The notes under the pieces are model-generated. The model did not search any database and was not told the DNA's origin. It saw only the letters and a program-made list of their open reading frames with translations. Below are positions 33,505-42,007 of a stretch of 64,000 nucleotides of DNA, piece after piece. The stretch's first letter is position 1. Each line of letters starts with the position of its first letter. Both the position numbers and the translations under genes were made by a program. Where the stretch lies: the IMG/VR virus record IMGVR_UViG_3300037483_001817; one strand, given 5' to 3'. The DNA is from an uncultured virus (IMG/VR IMGVR_UViG_3300037483_001817) (lineage: Duplodnaviria > Heunggongvirae > Uroviricota > Caudoviricetes).

Positions 33505-33681
33505 AGCAGTGCCTAAAAAAGGCATCAGGCCGTGCACTTCCAACGTAGAAGCGCACGACCTGCATTGTTCAATCATGAACGACTATGCAATTGTCAGAGA
33601 CCTCCGAGATTCCCAACGAATCTCGAACCGTAGCGTGGCGAGCGGCTCAGCCGCTTGCGGTCAGCACGCCACCGCTCGCGG
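33505..33681 (-). promoter_or_regulatory. CRISPR leader
   Basis: Non-coding and AT-richer, between the cas7 stop and the best-conserved repeat; contains GCGAGCGG/CCGCTCGC inverted repeats. Confidence 0.75.
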
Positions 33682-34764
33682 TCAGCTCACCGCGTCGTCG
33701 ACCGCCTCATCGCCCGCGTCGTCGCTCGGCGGCGGAGGCGCGTGCAGACCGAGGTGGTCGTAGGCAACCTTGCGGTTGAGCGAGAGCACCGAACCCTCGC
33801 GCACGTAGATGTCCACCCCGTGAACCATGGTGAGCCGGTTGCGGATCTTCCGCTTGAGGCACACGTCGGTCACGAAGCACTTGTGCGTGTACGAGTTCAC
33901 GCGCGGGTGGTTCGCGTTGTCTGGATCACCGTTGGGGTTGGATCGGATCGCCTCCCAGATCAGCCACGCGTCCCAGCGATTCCCGATGACGGCGTCCTCT
34001 GCCAAGCCGGCCATCACGTGAGCGGCCGACATCTCCGGGTGCAGATCGATCACGAAGATCTCGACGTTGGGCGTGGGCGATGCGCCGACAACAACGTCGA
34101 AGTCACTATAGCTCTGCGGATCCGGCACCCTCTGCTGGATGTTGATCAGCTCGCGCAGGAGGGCCGGCGAGCAGTCGCCGCGCTTGGACGCGTGCTTGGC
34201 GATGATGAGCTTGCGCACCGCCAGCATGGGACGTGTCGCCGACGCGTCGTTGTCGAAGATGTGGAGGCAGTCGTCGTAGAACCGCCCGAGATCGCGGTTG
34301 GTCATGCCCGACTTGTCCGCCCAGAACGGATTGACGCTGATTGGCGTGAAGAAGAGAGCGTAGTCCACGATCCACTTGGACCCCATGGTCTGGTTCGCGT
34401 CCTGGTTGTCCGCCAGCGTCTCGTTGGCGACCGCGACGCGCGTGATCGGCACCTCCAGGATGTGCGGAATGTTCACCGAGTTGGTGATCTCGAGCTGGAT
34501 CGGGCCGTGGAGCGAACCCGCGTCGTAGCCTCCCTCGCCCTTACCTGCGAGTACACCGCCGAACAGCCTCAGATCCGGATAGATCTGAACGAGGTGTCCC
34601 TGGGCGGCGGCCGACATCCTGTCGCGATCTTCGTAGCCGACCTTCGCCTTGGCGCCGTTGCCGTTCTTGCCGTTGCCGTTGCCGTTGCCATTCTTGCCGT
34701 TGCCGTTCTTGTCGTGGTTCGGACTCTTCGCTGGCTTCTTCATTTTCTTGGTTCTCTCTTTCAC
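33682..34764 (-). CDS. cas7: type I-C Cas7 (Csd2), circularly permuted; ATG at 34743 is an alternative start
   Basis: DLRLFG, GPIQL, ITRVAV, TMGSK, FDNDASA.R and RKLII.KH precede NPNGDPD..N.PR..VTDVCLKRKIRN. Confidence 0.93.
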   Translation of the reverse strand: MKERTKKMKKPAKSPNHDKNGNGKNGNGNGNGKNGNGAKAKVGYEDRDRMSAAAQGHLVQIYPDLRLFGGVLAGKGEGGYDAGSLHGPIQLEITNSVNIPHILEVPITRVAVANETLADNQDANQTMGSKWIVDYALFFTPISVNPFWADKSGMTNRDLGRFYDDCLHIFDNDASATRPMLAVRKLIIAKHASKRGDCSPALLRELINIQQRVPDPQSYSDFDVVVGASPTPNVEIFVIDLHPEMSAAHVMAGLAEDAVIGNRWDAWLIWEAIRSNPNGDPDNANHPRVNSYTHKCFVTDVCLKRKIRNRLTMVHGVDIYVREGSVLSLNRKVAYDHLGLHAPPPPSDDAGDEAVDDAVS

Positions 34765-34806
34765 CTTTTCGTTTTCGTCGTCACGTGTCTTATCTCGGTG
34801 TTGTTG

Positions 34807-35331
34807 TCAGTCGTCGTTGTCCTCCTCGTCCTGGTCCCCGTCGTCGGACAAGGACTGCTTCGGGACTTCGACCTCTTGCGCGCGAGCGCGAGCTGCCGTC
34901 CGCTTGCGGTACTCTTCCCACAACCACCCCGTGTAGTTGTTGAAGCCGATCCAGAACAGCATCTGCTCTTCCTTGGTGAGCCGCTGTGGGATTTGCGCCA
35001 GGCTCAGCTCTGCTTCGTCGGTCTCCGTGAGCGGTCCCTGGACACCGAGACGCGTCACCAGGGCGTTCATGCGCTGCTGGGACAGCATCGCCATGCCCTG
35101 CCGCCGCTTGCTGTTGAGCTTCTTGATGTGCTTGGTGTGCAGCGTCAGCACGTCGGGAAGGACGTTGTACGGGCTCTGCACGATCTCGGTTCGCGACAAG
35201 CTCGAATGTTGGGGATGGTTGATCGCGATGTTCTGGACGTAGTTCGCCTCGGCCATGATGCAGCCGATAACCATCGGGATCGGCATCACGATGAGGTTCT
35301 GACTCTTGAGAGGATCTGCGTGAATCGTCAC
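34807..35331 (-). CDS. cas11: internally translated Cas11 small subunit (predicted)
   Basis: In-frame GTG at 35331 preceded by AAAGGA, just after LLKLDLIR; matches the known I-C internal start arrangement. Confidence 0.6.
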   Translation of the reverse strand: MTIHADPLKSQNLIVMPIPMVIGCIMAEANYVQNIAINHPQHSSLSRTEIVQSPYNVLPDVLTLHTKHIKKLNSKRRQGMAMLSQQRMNALVTRLGVQGPLTETDEAELSLAQIPQRLTKEEQMLFWIGFNNYTGWLWEEYRKRTAARARAQEVEVPKQSLSDDGDQDEEDNDD

Positions 35332-36864
35332 TGGTATTCCTTTTCGGATGAGATCGAGTTTGAGCAGACTGCACCGAACCGGCAGCAGCCGCCGCCATTG
35401 CTTGCGGCCGTCGTTGTCGCCGGGATACGTGTTGCAGCGCTTCAGCGCTGCCGCCGCAATCTCCACGGGAACGCGCTCACCCTGGAGAATGCAGCGCAGC
35501 ATCCCGTCGACGGTGCTGGACGGAAACCGCTCGTCCATGCGCGTGCGCAGTGCCGCCAGGAGCTGCGAAAGCGGTCGAGGCCGGCTACTGCTAGGGATCG
35601 GCAAGGTCATGTCGTCCATGTACTGCTGGATGCGCCGCCGCAGATCGCCGATCGTGCCGCTGACCGCATTCCGGTACACGACGCGGCCGTTGTCGGAGAT
35701 CAGCAGGGAGTGGAAGTAGTCCTCGCGGAACAGCGGCATGGTGCGGCCCGTACGATGAACCGCGAGCAATTCCTCCACGACCTTCTCGTCGGCCTCGACC
35801 GCCAACAGCTCGCGCACGGACGCCTCGTCCGCCACTTCGATCCGCAGGAACGTCTCGGCCGGCTCAATACTCGGTCCCGCGATCAGCGCTGTCACGGCCC
35901 CGCGGACCGGCATCTCCGTATGCGGATCGCCGGTCCAGATGAGAAACACTGCGTCGCCAGGTTGAGGTTTGCCCGAGCTATTGAGGTACACGCCGCCGCG
36001 CGGCTTGTAGCGCGCGCCGATCGTTCCGTCGGCGCGCTTGAACGGAATGGCCACGCGCTCTAGCAACAAATTCGCAGCGGCGGCCACGCCTTCGGCGACG
36101 TCTTGGCTGACAGGGGCGTTCGCTCCCTGTAGCAGACCGAAGGAACACCAGGCCGGCTGGTTGTTCGACGAGAGAGCCGAGCTGCCGCCCTTCGCTCCGG
36201 GCAACCCCTTGATCGGCGGCTGCGTGTTGCACAGAGGACCGCGCCGACCCGTGACAATGCACGTGATCATCTCTCCGCCAGCGCCGCCTGACTGGATCGG
36301 ACGGTGCGCGCGGATCCACTCCTTCACGCGAGGGCTCTCGTAGACCGGTACCAGCGCGTTGTTCGCGCGAACGACGACCGTGACCCACTCCGAGCCCGTC
36401 AGCGGCTTCCCGTCGCTCCAGCCGAGGCACTTGACGGCAGCCTCCGCCGGAGTCCCATACGTGCCGTCCGCGAGGTCGTCGACGAACTGCGACAGGGCCT
36501 CGGCGTAGGGGTCGCGCGTATCCACGGCCATCTGCCGTAGGTGATCTCGATAGACGCCTTGCAGCTCGAGTCCGCGCTGCGCGACCTTCGCGGCTCTCGC
36601 CGCCGTCGTCGCTTTCGCATCGGTCTTGTGGGCGGTGTAGCACGCGACAGATTCCACGACGGCACTGACCGTGTTGCCTGACGTACGCCCCGATTGCATG
36701 GGCGCACGCAGTGTCACGTAGGGCTCGGTACCCGACGTGATGCGTTGACCAGCGAGCCAGCGACCTTTCAGATCGATGACGATCTGATAGTCCACTCGGC
36801 GATCCGCGAAACCTGGATCCACCAGGTTCTTGCGCTCCGCGTAGCTGAAGAGGTTGTGGTGCAT
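34807..36864 (-). CDS. cas8c: type I-C Cas8c (Csd1)
   Basis: RTSG, CIVTG..P.IKG, SSNN..SFG..QG.NAPVS, EEQ..F.IGF; lies between cas5 and cas7. Confidence 0.92.
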   Translation of the reverse strand: MHHNLFSYAERKNLVDPGFADRRVDYQIVIDLKGRWLAGQRITSGTEPYVTLRAPMQSGRTSGNTVSAVVESVACYTAHKTDAKATTAARAAKVAQRGLELQGVYRDHLRQMAVDTRDPYAEALSQFVDDLADGTYGTPAEAAVKCLGWSDGKPLTGSEWVTVVVRANNALVPVYESPRVKEWIRAHRPIQSGGAGGEMITCIVTGRRGPLCNTQPPIKGLPGAKGGSSALSSNNQPAWCSFGLLQGANAPVSQDVAEGVAAAANLLLERVAIPFKRADGTIGARYKPRGGVYLNSSGKPQPGDAVFLIWTGDPHTEMPVRGAVTALIAGPSIEPAETFLRIEVADEASVRELLAVEADEKVVEELLAVHRTGRTMPLFREDYFHSLLISDNGRVVYRNAVSGTIGDLRRRIQQYMDDMTLPIPSSSRPRPLSQLLAALRTRMDERFPSSTVDGMLRCILQGERVPVEIAAAALKRCNTYPGDNDGRKQWRRLLPVRCSLLKLDLIRKGIPVTIHADPLKSQNLIVMPIPMVIGCIMAEANYVQNIAINHPQHSSLSRTEIVQSPYNVLPDVLTLHTKHIKKLNSKRRQGMAMLSQQRMNALVTRLGVQGPLTETDEAELSLAQIPQRLTKEEQMLFWIGFNNYTGWLWEEYRKRTAARARAQEVEVPKQSLSDDGDQDEEDNDD

Positions 36865-36873
36865 GTCTCGCTC

Positions 36874-37506
36874 CTACTGTTGAGTTGCCGCCACGACGGC
36901 CTGGTAGGAGGGAATGCGGACGGAGCCGTTCACGAGGCGCGCGTCGAACATCAGCGGCTCGGGAGGCGACTTCTTGAAGTTTCGTCCGTACAACATCGGA
37001 CCGAGGGGGCGATCGACACCCTGCTCGATCGTCTGGTAGCTCTCGGGCGCCTCCATGAGGTCGCAGACGAACGGGAACATTCCGAAGCACGGCGTATGGT
37101 GGAGCTGCCCGCGCCTCAGGTAGCGCTCGAACATCTCCGTGAATGCGGTGACATTGTGCTGTGCCTTGTCATCCAGCTCGAAATAGGCGGTGAACACGTA
37201 GTCGACGTCGTACAGACCGACCGTGTTGCGCTGCGTGCGTACGTCTTCCACGTTGAAGGGCTGGCCCGAGGAGCCGGTGCACGTCACTTCGTTCGTACGC
37301 ATGTTGAAGTAACGGATCGGGCGCAGGACCTCGATCAACGTCGGCCTCCAGTGGAGTCCAGGGTGCCAAAGCACCGCTTCGAAGATGCCCACGATCGCCG
37401 ACGGAGTCGGCACGTCGTACGTCAGCCGCTCGACGCGGCACAGCGGTCGGGTAATGACCGCGCGCTCGGCCTTTGCCCGAATCTTGAAGTCTTTACTGCG
37501 TTGCAT
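36874..37506 (-). CDS. cas5: type I-C Cas5 (Cas5c/Cas5d)
   Basis: TRP..RVER.TYDVPTPSA..GI.EA..W.P, VL.PIR, NEV, QR, GQ..H.P.FG; GAGGAGG RBS. Confidence 0.93.
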   Translation of the reverse strand: MQRSKDFKIRAKAERAVITRPLCRVERLTYDVPTPSAIVGIFEAVLWHPGLHWRPTLIEVLRPIRYFNMRTNEVTCTGSSGQPFNVEDVRTQRNTVGLYDVDYVFTAYFELDDKAQHNVTAFTEMFERYLRRGQLHHTPCFGMFPFVCDLMEAPESYQTIEQGVDRPLGPMLYGRNFKKSPPEPLMFDARLVNGSVRIPSYQAVVAATQQ

Positions 37507-37559
37507 TTCTAGTCCTCCTCTTTGTGTGTTCGTTCTTGGCCGGTCCAGTTGCCGTCCAA

Positions 37560-37796
37560 TCAGGGTCGGTAGTTCATGGCCGGATTGCTGGACAACGTTC
37601 TCGGCACGTATCCGGCATTTCGCAAGGCTGTTTCAAGATCGTCCGAGAATTCGGAATCTACGGACCGCCGTCTCTGGGCGTATTCCCACAGCAAATCCTG
37701 CGCAGTCGGATCTTTGACACTGAGCGGGACCTTACCGCGTGGACAAGTCGGGTATTTGTCACTCTGAAACTCCCCATCGATCAGATGTGCGCTCAC
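37560..37796 (-). CDS. small hypothetical protein between cas3 and cas5
   Basis: AAGGAG RBS; co-directional with the cas operon. Confidence 0.65.
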   Translation of the reverse strand: MSAHLIDGEFQSDKYPTCPRGKVPLSVKDPTAQDLLWEYAQRRRSVDSEFSDDLETALRNAGYVPRTLSSNPAMNYRP

Positions 37797-37827
37797 TTTA
37801 GTTCTCCTTGGGTACTAACCAATTCGT

Positions 37828-39927
37828 TCAAGCGTCGAGTAGGCCGAGCTGGTCGTAGCTTCGGGTGCCGCGCAGGTAGACGACGGCATCCGCCACCCAA
37901 CGCGCGCGGTCTTGTTGCAGGTATCGATCGCGCTCCTCGACCGCAACCCAGATCACGAAGTCCATGAGCTGCCGCAGTAGCAACTTGTCGGGTCCATGTG
38001 CGGCCAGGCGTTTGATCAACGCCTTGACAGATTCCTGCCCCTCGCGCGGCGGTGCGGGAACCACGATGGGCACCAAGCCGGCATCGCCGAGCGCCACGTC
38101 GCCCGGCACGGGATGCCTCCCACCGACGCGCAGGGTCTTGCCGGCGAGGGTGCGAAAGCGCAGTTGCTCGCGATCGCGCTGTAGATCCTCCGCCCACGTA
38201 CAACGACCGCGGCTGAGCTTCAGGTCTCGATCGTAGCTGTCCCACGTCATCTTCGCGGTGAGCTGGAGAGGGCCGTCCAGCAATAGCAGCTGAGTCACGT
38301 GTGCTTCGAGCGAGAGCTCAGCCGCCGGGAAAACGCGGTACGCACCGGCACGATGATCACCGGCGTCTGCACGCTGGCTCGTAACGGTGATCGATGGCAG
38401 GTCGGACATCTCGCGCCAGACAACCCCGAAGGTCACGTCGCGCGTCTCGCCCACGGAATCCGTGGCGAGGCGCAGCGGCCTCCCCTCGCGCTTGTGATCG
38501 TGCACCACGCGGAGCACCTCGCGTCTGTCTCTCGGACACATGCGCGACGACAGATAGAACCAACGCCGCGTTCCAGCAACGTCCGCAAACGAGCGCATCG
38601 ATCGTGGGCTGTTCCACACGACGAGACAATCTGGGTGCGTACGTGTCTTCAGGCTGCGGAGTAGCTTCCGGGGCGTCGGAACCTTGGCGCGCGGCTTCGG
38701 CCACGTCGCCGCAGTCCTGGGTTCAAGGCGCCCGAACGCCTCCGGCATCCCGATTTCTCTGGCGCCCTCGACGATCGGATAAGGGACGGTCGAGACGAAC
38801 GTGACGGTCGATCGAAAGTGCGCAACCAAGGTCCTCAAGGTGTCGACGACAACGGGCGCGATCGGTGCGGGCAGTCGCCACGCGTCTTCCACCAAGACCA
38901 TGGCGCACGCGATTCGATGCAGGCGACGGCACGAGGCTGGACGGTTGTCGAACAAGAGACCGACAACGTCGCGCAGCGTCGTGGCGATAACCGGCGCATC
39001 CCAGTCTTCGATCGCGACGGGGATACCGCGGTTTCGCGAATAAAAGGCAGACGGCACGACGATCGCTTCACCAAGGATTCCTCGCAGCTCCTCCACGCGC
39101 TGCTCAAGCGCGGCCTGTGTCGCGCAGACAATGACGACGCGCTGTAGGCCGTGCCGGACGGCATGCCCCACCGCATAGCAAGCCAAGCTCCGCGCGTCGA
39201 CGATGCTCGACGGCGCCGAGAGCTGATACCAGCCCAAAGGTTCGGTGGAGATCTGCTCACACGTGTGCCAGAAAGCATCACGGAGGCGCGTCAGCTCGTC
39301 GCGCTTAGTCCAATGCCGTGGAGGATGCGCGAGCAAGCGTTCGTGTAAGCTCGCTAGATTCACAGGCTGCGGAGTGGGTTGCGGCGTGTCCGACACGCTG
39401 GCTTCCCATGCTTGTGCTTCCGCACGATCGGCATCGACGTGCGCCGAGAAGATGAGGCGCGTGAAGAGCTCGCGGTGCGCGGTGCCAGAGAAGCTGCGCG
39501 ATGCAATGCGATGCCCGAGAATCCCCGGCGCGATGTCTCGTAAGCAGTGGCTGTAGGTCGCGCCTTCCGTGCAGATGCCAGGCAGCTCGCTCAGATCAGG
39601 AATTCCTGCGTGCGTTCCTGCGATCGCGAGAGCGACCAACTCTCGAACCTCTGCGGGCAGCCAGCGGCACGCGTACCACGCGCCGACGAACGAATGGTTC
39701 ACGCGATCGTTCGCGAACGGAACACGCACGTGTTTCTGAAACTCGACAGCGGCCTTGCCTAGGTCGGACCACAGTGCGGCGACATGGGCTTCAGGTGCGC
39801 AGCCAAAGAGCGCGGCCAGATTACGCGCACGCGCTGCGGTCGCTCGAATGTCCTCATCTAACGATCGCACGTAGCGACCCGCAGATCGCGCTATCAGCTG
39901 TGTCGTCTTCGCCATGCCCTTGTTCAC
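37828..39927 (-). CDS. cas3: Cas3-like protein with degenerate HD nuclease and SF2 helicase motifs
   Basis: SDLGKA..FQ, NHS..GA, FSAHVDAD, EDWDAPVIATT, CRRLHRIA, LSSRMCP retained in order; catalytic motifs substituted. Confidence 0.88.
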   Translation of the reverse strand: MNKGMAKTTQLIARSAGRYVRSLDEDIRATAARARNLAALFGCAPEAHVAALWSDLGKAAVEFQKHVRVPFANDRVNHSFVGAWYACRWLPAEVRELVALAIAGTHAGIPDLSELPGICTEGATYSHCLRDIAPGILGHRIASRSFSGTAHRELFTRLIFSAHVDADRAEAQAWEASVSDTPQPTPQPVNLASLHERLLAHPPRHWTKRDELTRLRDAFWHTCEQISTEPLGWYQLSAPSSIVDARSLACYAVGHAVRHGLQRVVIVCATQAALEQRVEELRGILGEAIVVPSAFYSRNRGIPVAIEDWDAPVIATTLRDVVGLLFDNRPASCRRLHRIACAMVLVEDAWRLPAPIAPVVVDTLRTLVAHFRSTVTFVSTVPYPIVEGAREIGMPEAFGRLEPRTAATWPKPRAKVPTPRKLLRSLKTRTHPDCLVVWNSPRSMRSFADVAGTRRWFYLSSRMCPRDRREVLRVVHDHKREGRPLRLATDSVGETRDVTFGVVWREMSDLPSITVTSQRADAGDHRAGAYRVFPAAELSLEAHVTQLLLLDGPLQLTAKMTWDSYDRDLKLSRGRCTWAEDLQRDREQLRFRTLAGKTLRVGGRHPVPGDVALGDAGLVPIVVPAPPREGQESVKALIKRLAAHGPDKLLLRQLMDFVIWVAVEERDRYLQQDRARWVADAVVYLRGTRSYDQLGLLDA

Positions 39928-40030
39928 CTAGACGTCTGCACGCTTGGTCATAGCTAACGCGACGTCTAACAGCGTGCGCATCCTTGCGTCAAGGTGTTTC
40001 ACATGTACATGCGTTTGACATGCGAGGCAT

Positions 40031-40240
40031 GTGTCCGTAATGTGTGCTGTGCCTACGCGATCCCCCAGGATTAAAACCAAGAAGCGAGACACGACCGTGT
40101 TCCTTCAGGTGAAGGTCAGCCGTCGCGCGGCCGACTTGCTTCGCAAGCGGGCGAAGCGCGCGTTACGCTCGCAGGCAAGTTACTTGCGGGCTGTTATCTA
40201 CCGAGACCTCGGCATTTTCAGCGAAATAGACAGCCGCTGA
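40031..40240 (+). CDS. small ribbon-helix-helix-like DNA-binding protein, divergent from cas3
   Basis: VFLQVKVS..L...A....RSQASYLR.VI pattern. Confidence 0.55.
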   Translation: MSVMCAVPTRSPRIKTKKRDTTVFLQVKVSRRAADLLRKRAKRALRSQASYLRAVIYRDLGIFSEIDSR

Positions 40241-40288
40241 TCCGAGAACAGCGCCGCTGTCAGGCCGCACGGGCAGAATAGATCTCCC

Positions 40289-40663
40289 ATGCCCAAGAGC
40301 CAGCGCCGTACGTTCGTTGTCAAAGATCCGATCTCGCCTGCGGACGCCAACTCGCCAGCAGAGCGCAAAAAGAAACAGCGATTCGTCAACGTACTCATAC
40401 AGGCGATTACAGCTGCCACAGAGCATGGCCCTAGCCCCAAAGCGTGGCATGTCGGCGTCGAAATGCGGTCGCCGGTCGAGGTTCGCGATCGCTTCTTCGT
40501 GACGTTCGACGTCGAGGGAAAACGGGTGAGCGCCATCGGACCCATGTCGGCGGACGTCGTGGACCACCTGCTCTGGTTCGTCGAGAGCGGACTGCAAGCA
40601 GATTTGCCAGGAGCCAAGGCCGGCTCGTGCACGCGAAAGATCACAAACCTGTCAAACCATTGA
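40289..40663 (+). CDS. hypothetical protein
   Basis: Follows the RHH-like gene. Confidence 0.5.
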   Translation: MPKSQRRTFVVKDPISPADANSPAERKKKQRFVNVLIQAITAATEHGPSPKAWHVGVEMRSPVEVRDRFFVTFDVEGKRVSAIGPMSADVVDHLLWFVESGLQADLPGAKAGSCTRKITNLSNH

Positions 40664-40684
40664 CGCGCCGTGGTTCGAGCTACG

Positions 40685-41110
40685 TCACGCGGGACATGTC
40701 TGCCGCGCGCCGGTGAGATACCGCAGCAAGTCGACGCGGCCTCCATAGTTCACGAGGATGATCGGTGCGTCCGCGAGATAGGACGCTGCCAACCGATGAT
40801 GGCCGTCGAGCAGGATGGGCACGGGGTAGATCCGTCCGTGGTCGCACTCGTTGTCGACCTCGATCGCGTCCAGCTTCTCACCAGTCAGCAGGCGCTCGTA
40901 GAAGTGCCTGATCCGGCCATAGTCCCACGCGCGTGTCGGCTGCTTTAGGGTCCTCTCCGCATCGCTCACGTAGCCTGGCTGCGCGCGATACCGGAGGAGC
41001 TTCGTGATCGTCATCCCGCGCATGGGAAGATTCCGCTCGGGCCACGCATAGAGCGACCACAGTCGCTCGACGAGCACCTTGCTGGGAGCCGTCACGACGC
41101 GTTGCTCCAA
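40685..41110 (-). CDS. ParB-N-like domain protein
   Basis: LDAIEV..ILLDGHHRLAA. Confidence 0.6.
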   Translation of the reverse strand: MEQRVVTAPSKVLVERLWSLYAWPERNLPMRGMTITKLLRYRAQPGYVSDAERTLKQPTRAWDYGRIRHFYERLLTGEKLDAIEVDNECDHGRIYPVPILLDGHHRLAASYLADAPIILVNYGGRVDLLRYLTGARQTCPA

Positions 41111-41616
41111 CGCACGTACTCACGAAGCTCGACGATCAGCGCGCGTTGCTCAGGCGTGAGCGATCGCTCCAGCTGAAGGCGTTGATCCGGCGTCAGCCGG
41201 TGCCACAGGGACCAAAAGTAGCGTTCTCGGGTCATGTCTTCTCGCTGGGGTGTTCACGTCTTCGTAGCGCGGGGTGGAACACCCACAGCCGCTCGACGAT
41301 CGCCTTGCTGGGAGCACTTACGGGCTCTTCACGCCGAAGATGTTCTGCCAATTCTTGACGAGCAGATCAATTCATCGCCAATGGGGCGGAAAACCATTTC
41401 GTCGCCGGTTACGTTCACACTGGCAGCCTTTGCTGAGGTGGTACGCGCCGTGCTCGCTGCGCTGACTCCAACGCCGACCGCACATGCCGCAGGGATGGTT
41501 GTCGCAGCAACACTCGAAGTAGTAGTGCCTCGACGTCGGGCAAATGCCGTTCGCGGGAAGGACACTACGTGCGGTCCGCTTGGAGACGACGTGTGTTGCG
41601 AGCGCTTCGCGGCGCT

Positions 41617-41685
41617 TCATGGCTTCACGTCCTCATCGCGCAGCGCGACCGGCAGCTTATCGACCGCCTCGCGTTTGCCTTTCTG
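41617..41685 (-). pseudogene. orphan 3' end of a tyrosine recombinase paralog
   Basis: KGKREAVDKLPVALRDEDVK vs KGKREAVEKMPIALRYEDLK at the end of 48748-49743. Confidence 0.65.
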
Positions 41686-41752
41686 CGTGGCGAGGCGATC
41701 GACTTCATCGCCAGCTCCGCGTCGCGCGACTGATGGATGAGCGCTTGCTTCG

Positions 41753-41995
41753 TCATGTGTGTTGGTCCCGCTTGCAGTCGTGGTTGACGTGGGTGTTCCC
41801 GCCGAGCAGGCATTCCTTACCCTCGCGATCGAGCCAGCACCGGTAGCGAGCCTTGCGATGATCGACGTCCGCGTAATCGCAGCACGTGCAGCCTCCGCAG
41901 GTCTCGCAGACCTCGATGCCCTGGTCGCCGAAGTAGACGTAGCCCTCGCAGCTGCGTGTGTAGACCGGCTGTGGTTCCTCAGCATCTGTGCTCAT
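41753..41995 (-). CDS. Cys-rich hypothetical protein
   Basis: GGAG RBS. Confidence 0.55.
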   Translation of the reverse strand: MSTDAEEPQPVYTRSCEGYVYFGDQGIEVCETCGGCTCCDYADVDHRKARYRCWLDREGKECLLGGNTHVNHDCKRDQHT

Positions 41996-42007
41996 GTCGT
42001 CTCCGTT

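Noticed and set aside
20149..33763. Many ORFs with FQPARPQTAIAT / VSTRATADSDRD / FNPRDRRQRSR repeats
   Set aside because: They are translations of the stop-free CRISPR repeat, not genes
33655..36063. 802-aa plus-strand ORF and similar long antisense ORFs elsewhere
   Set aside because: Shadow frames opposite real genes in high-GC DNA
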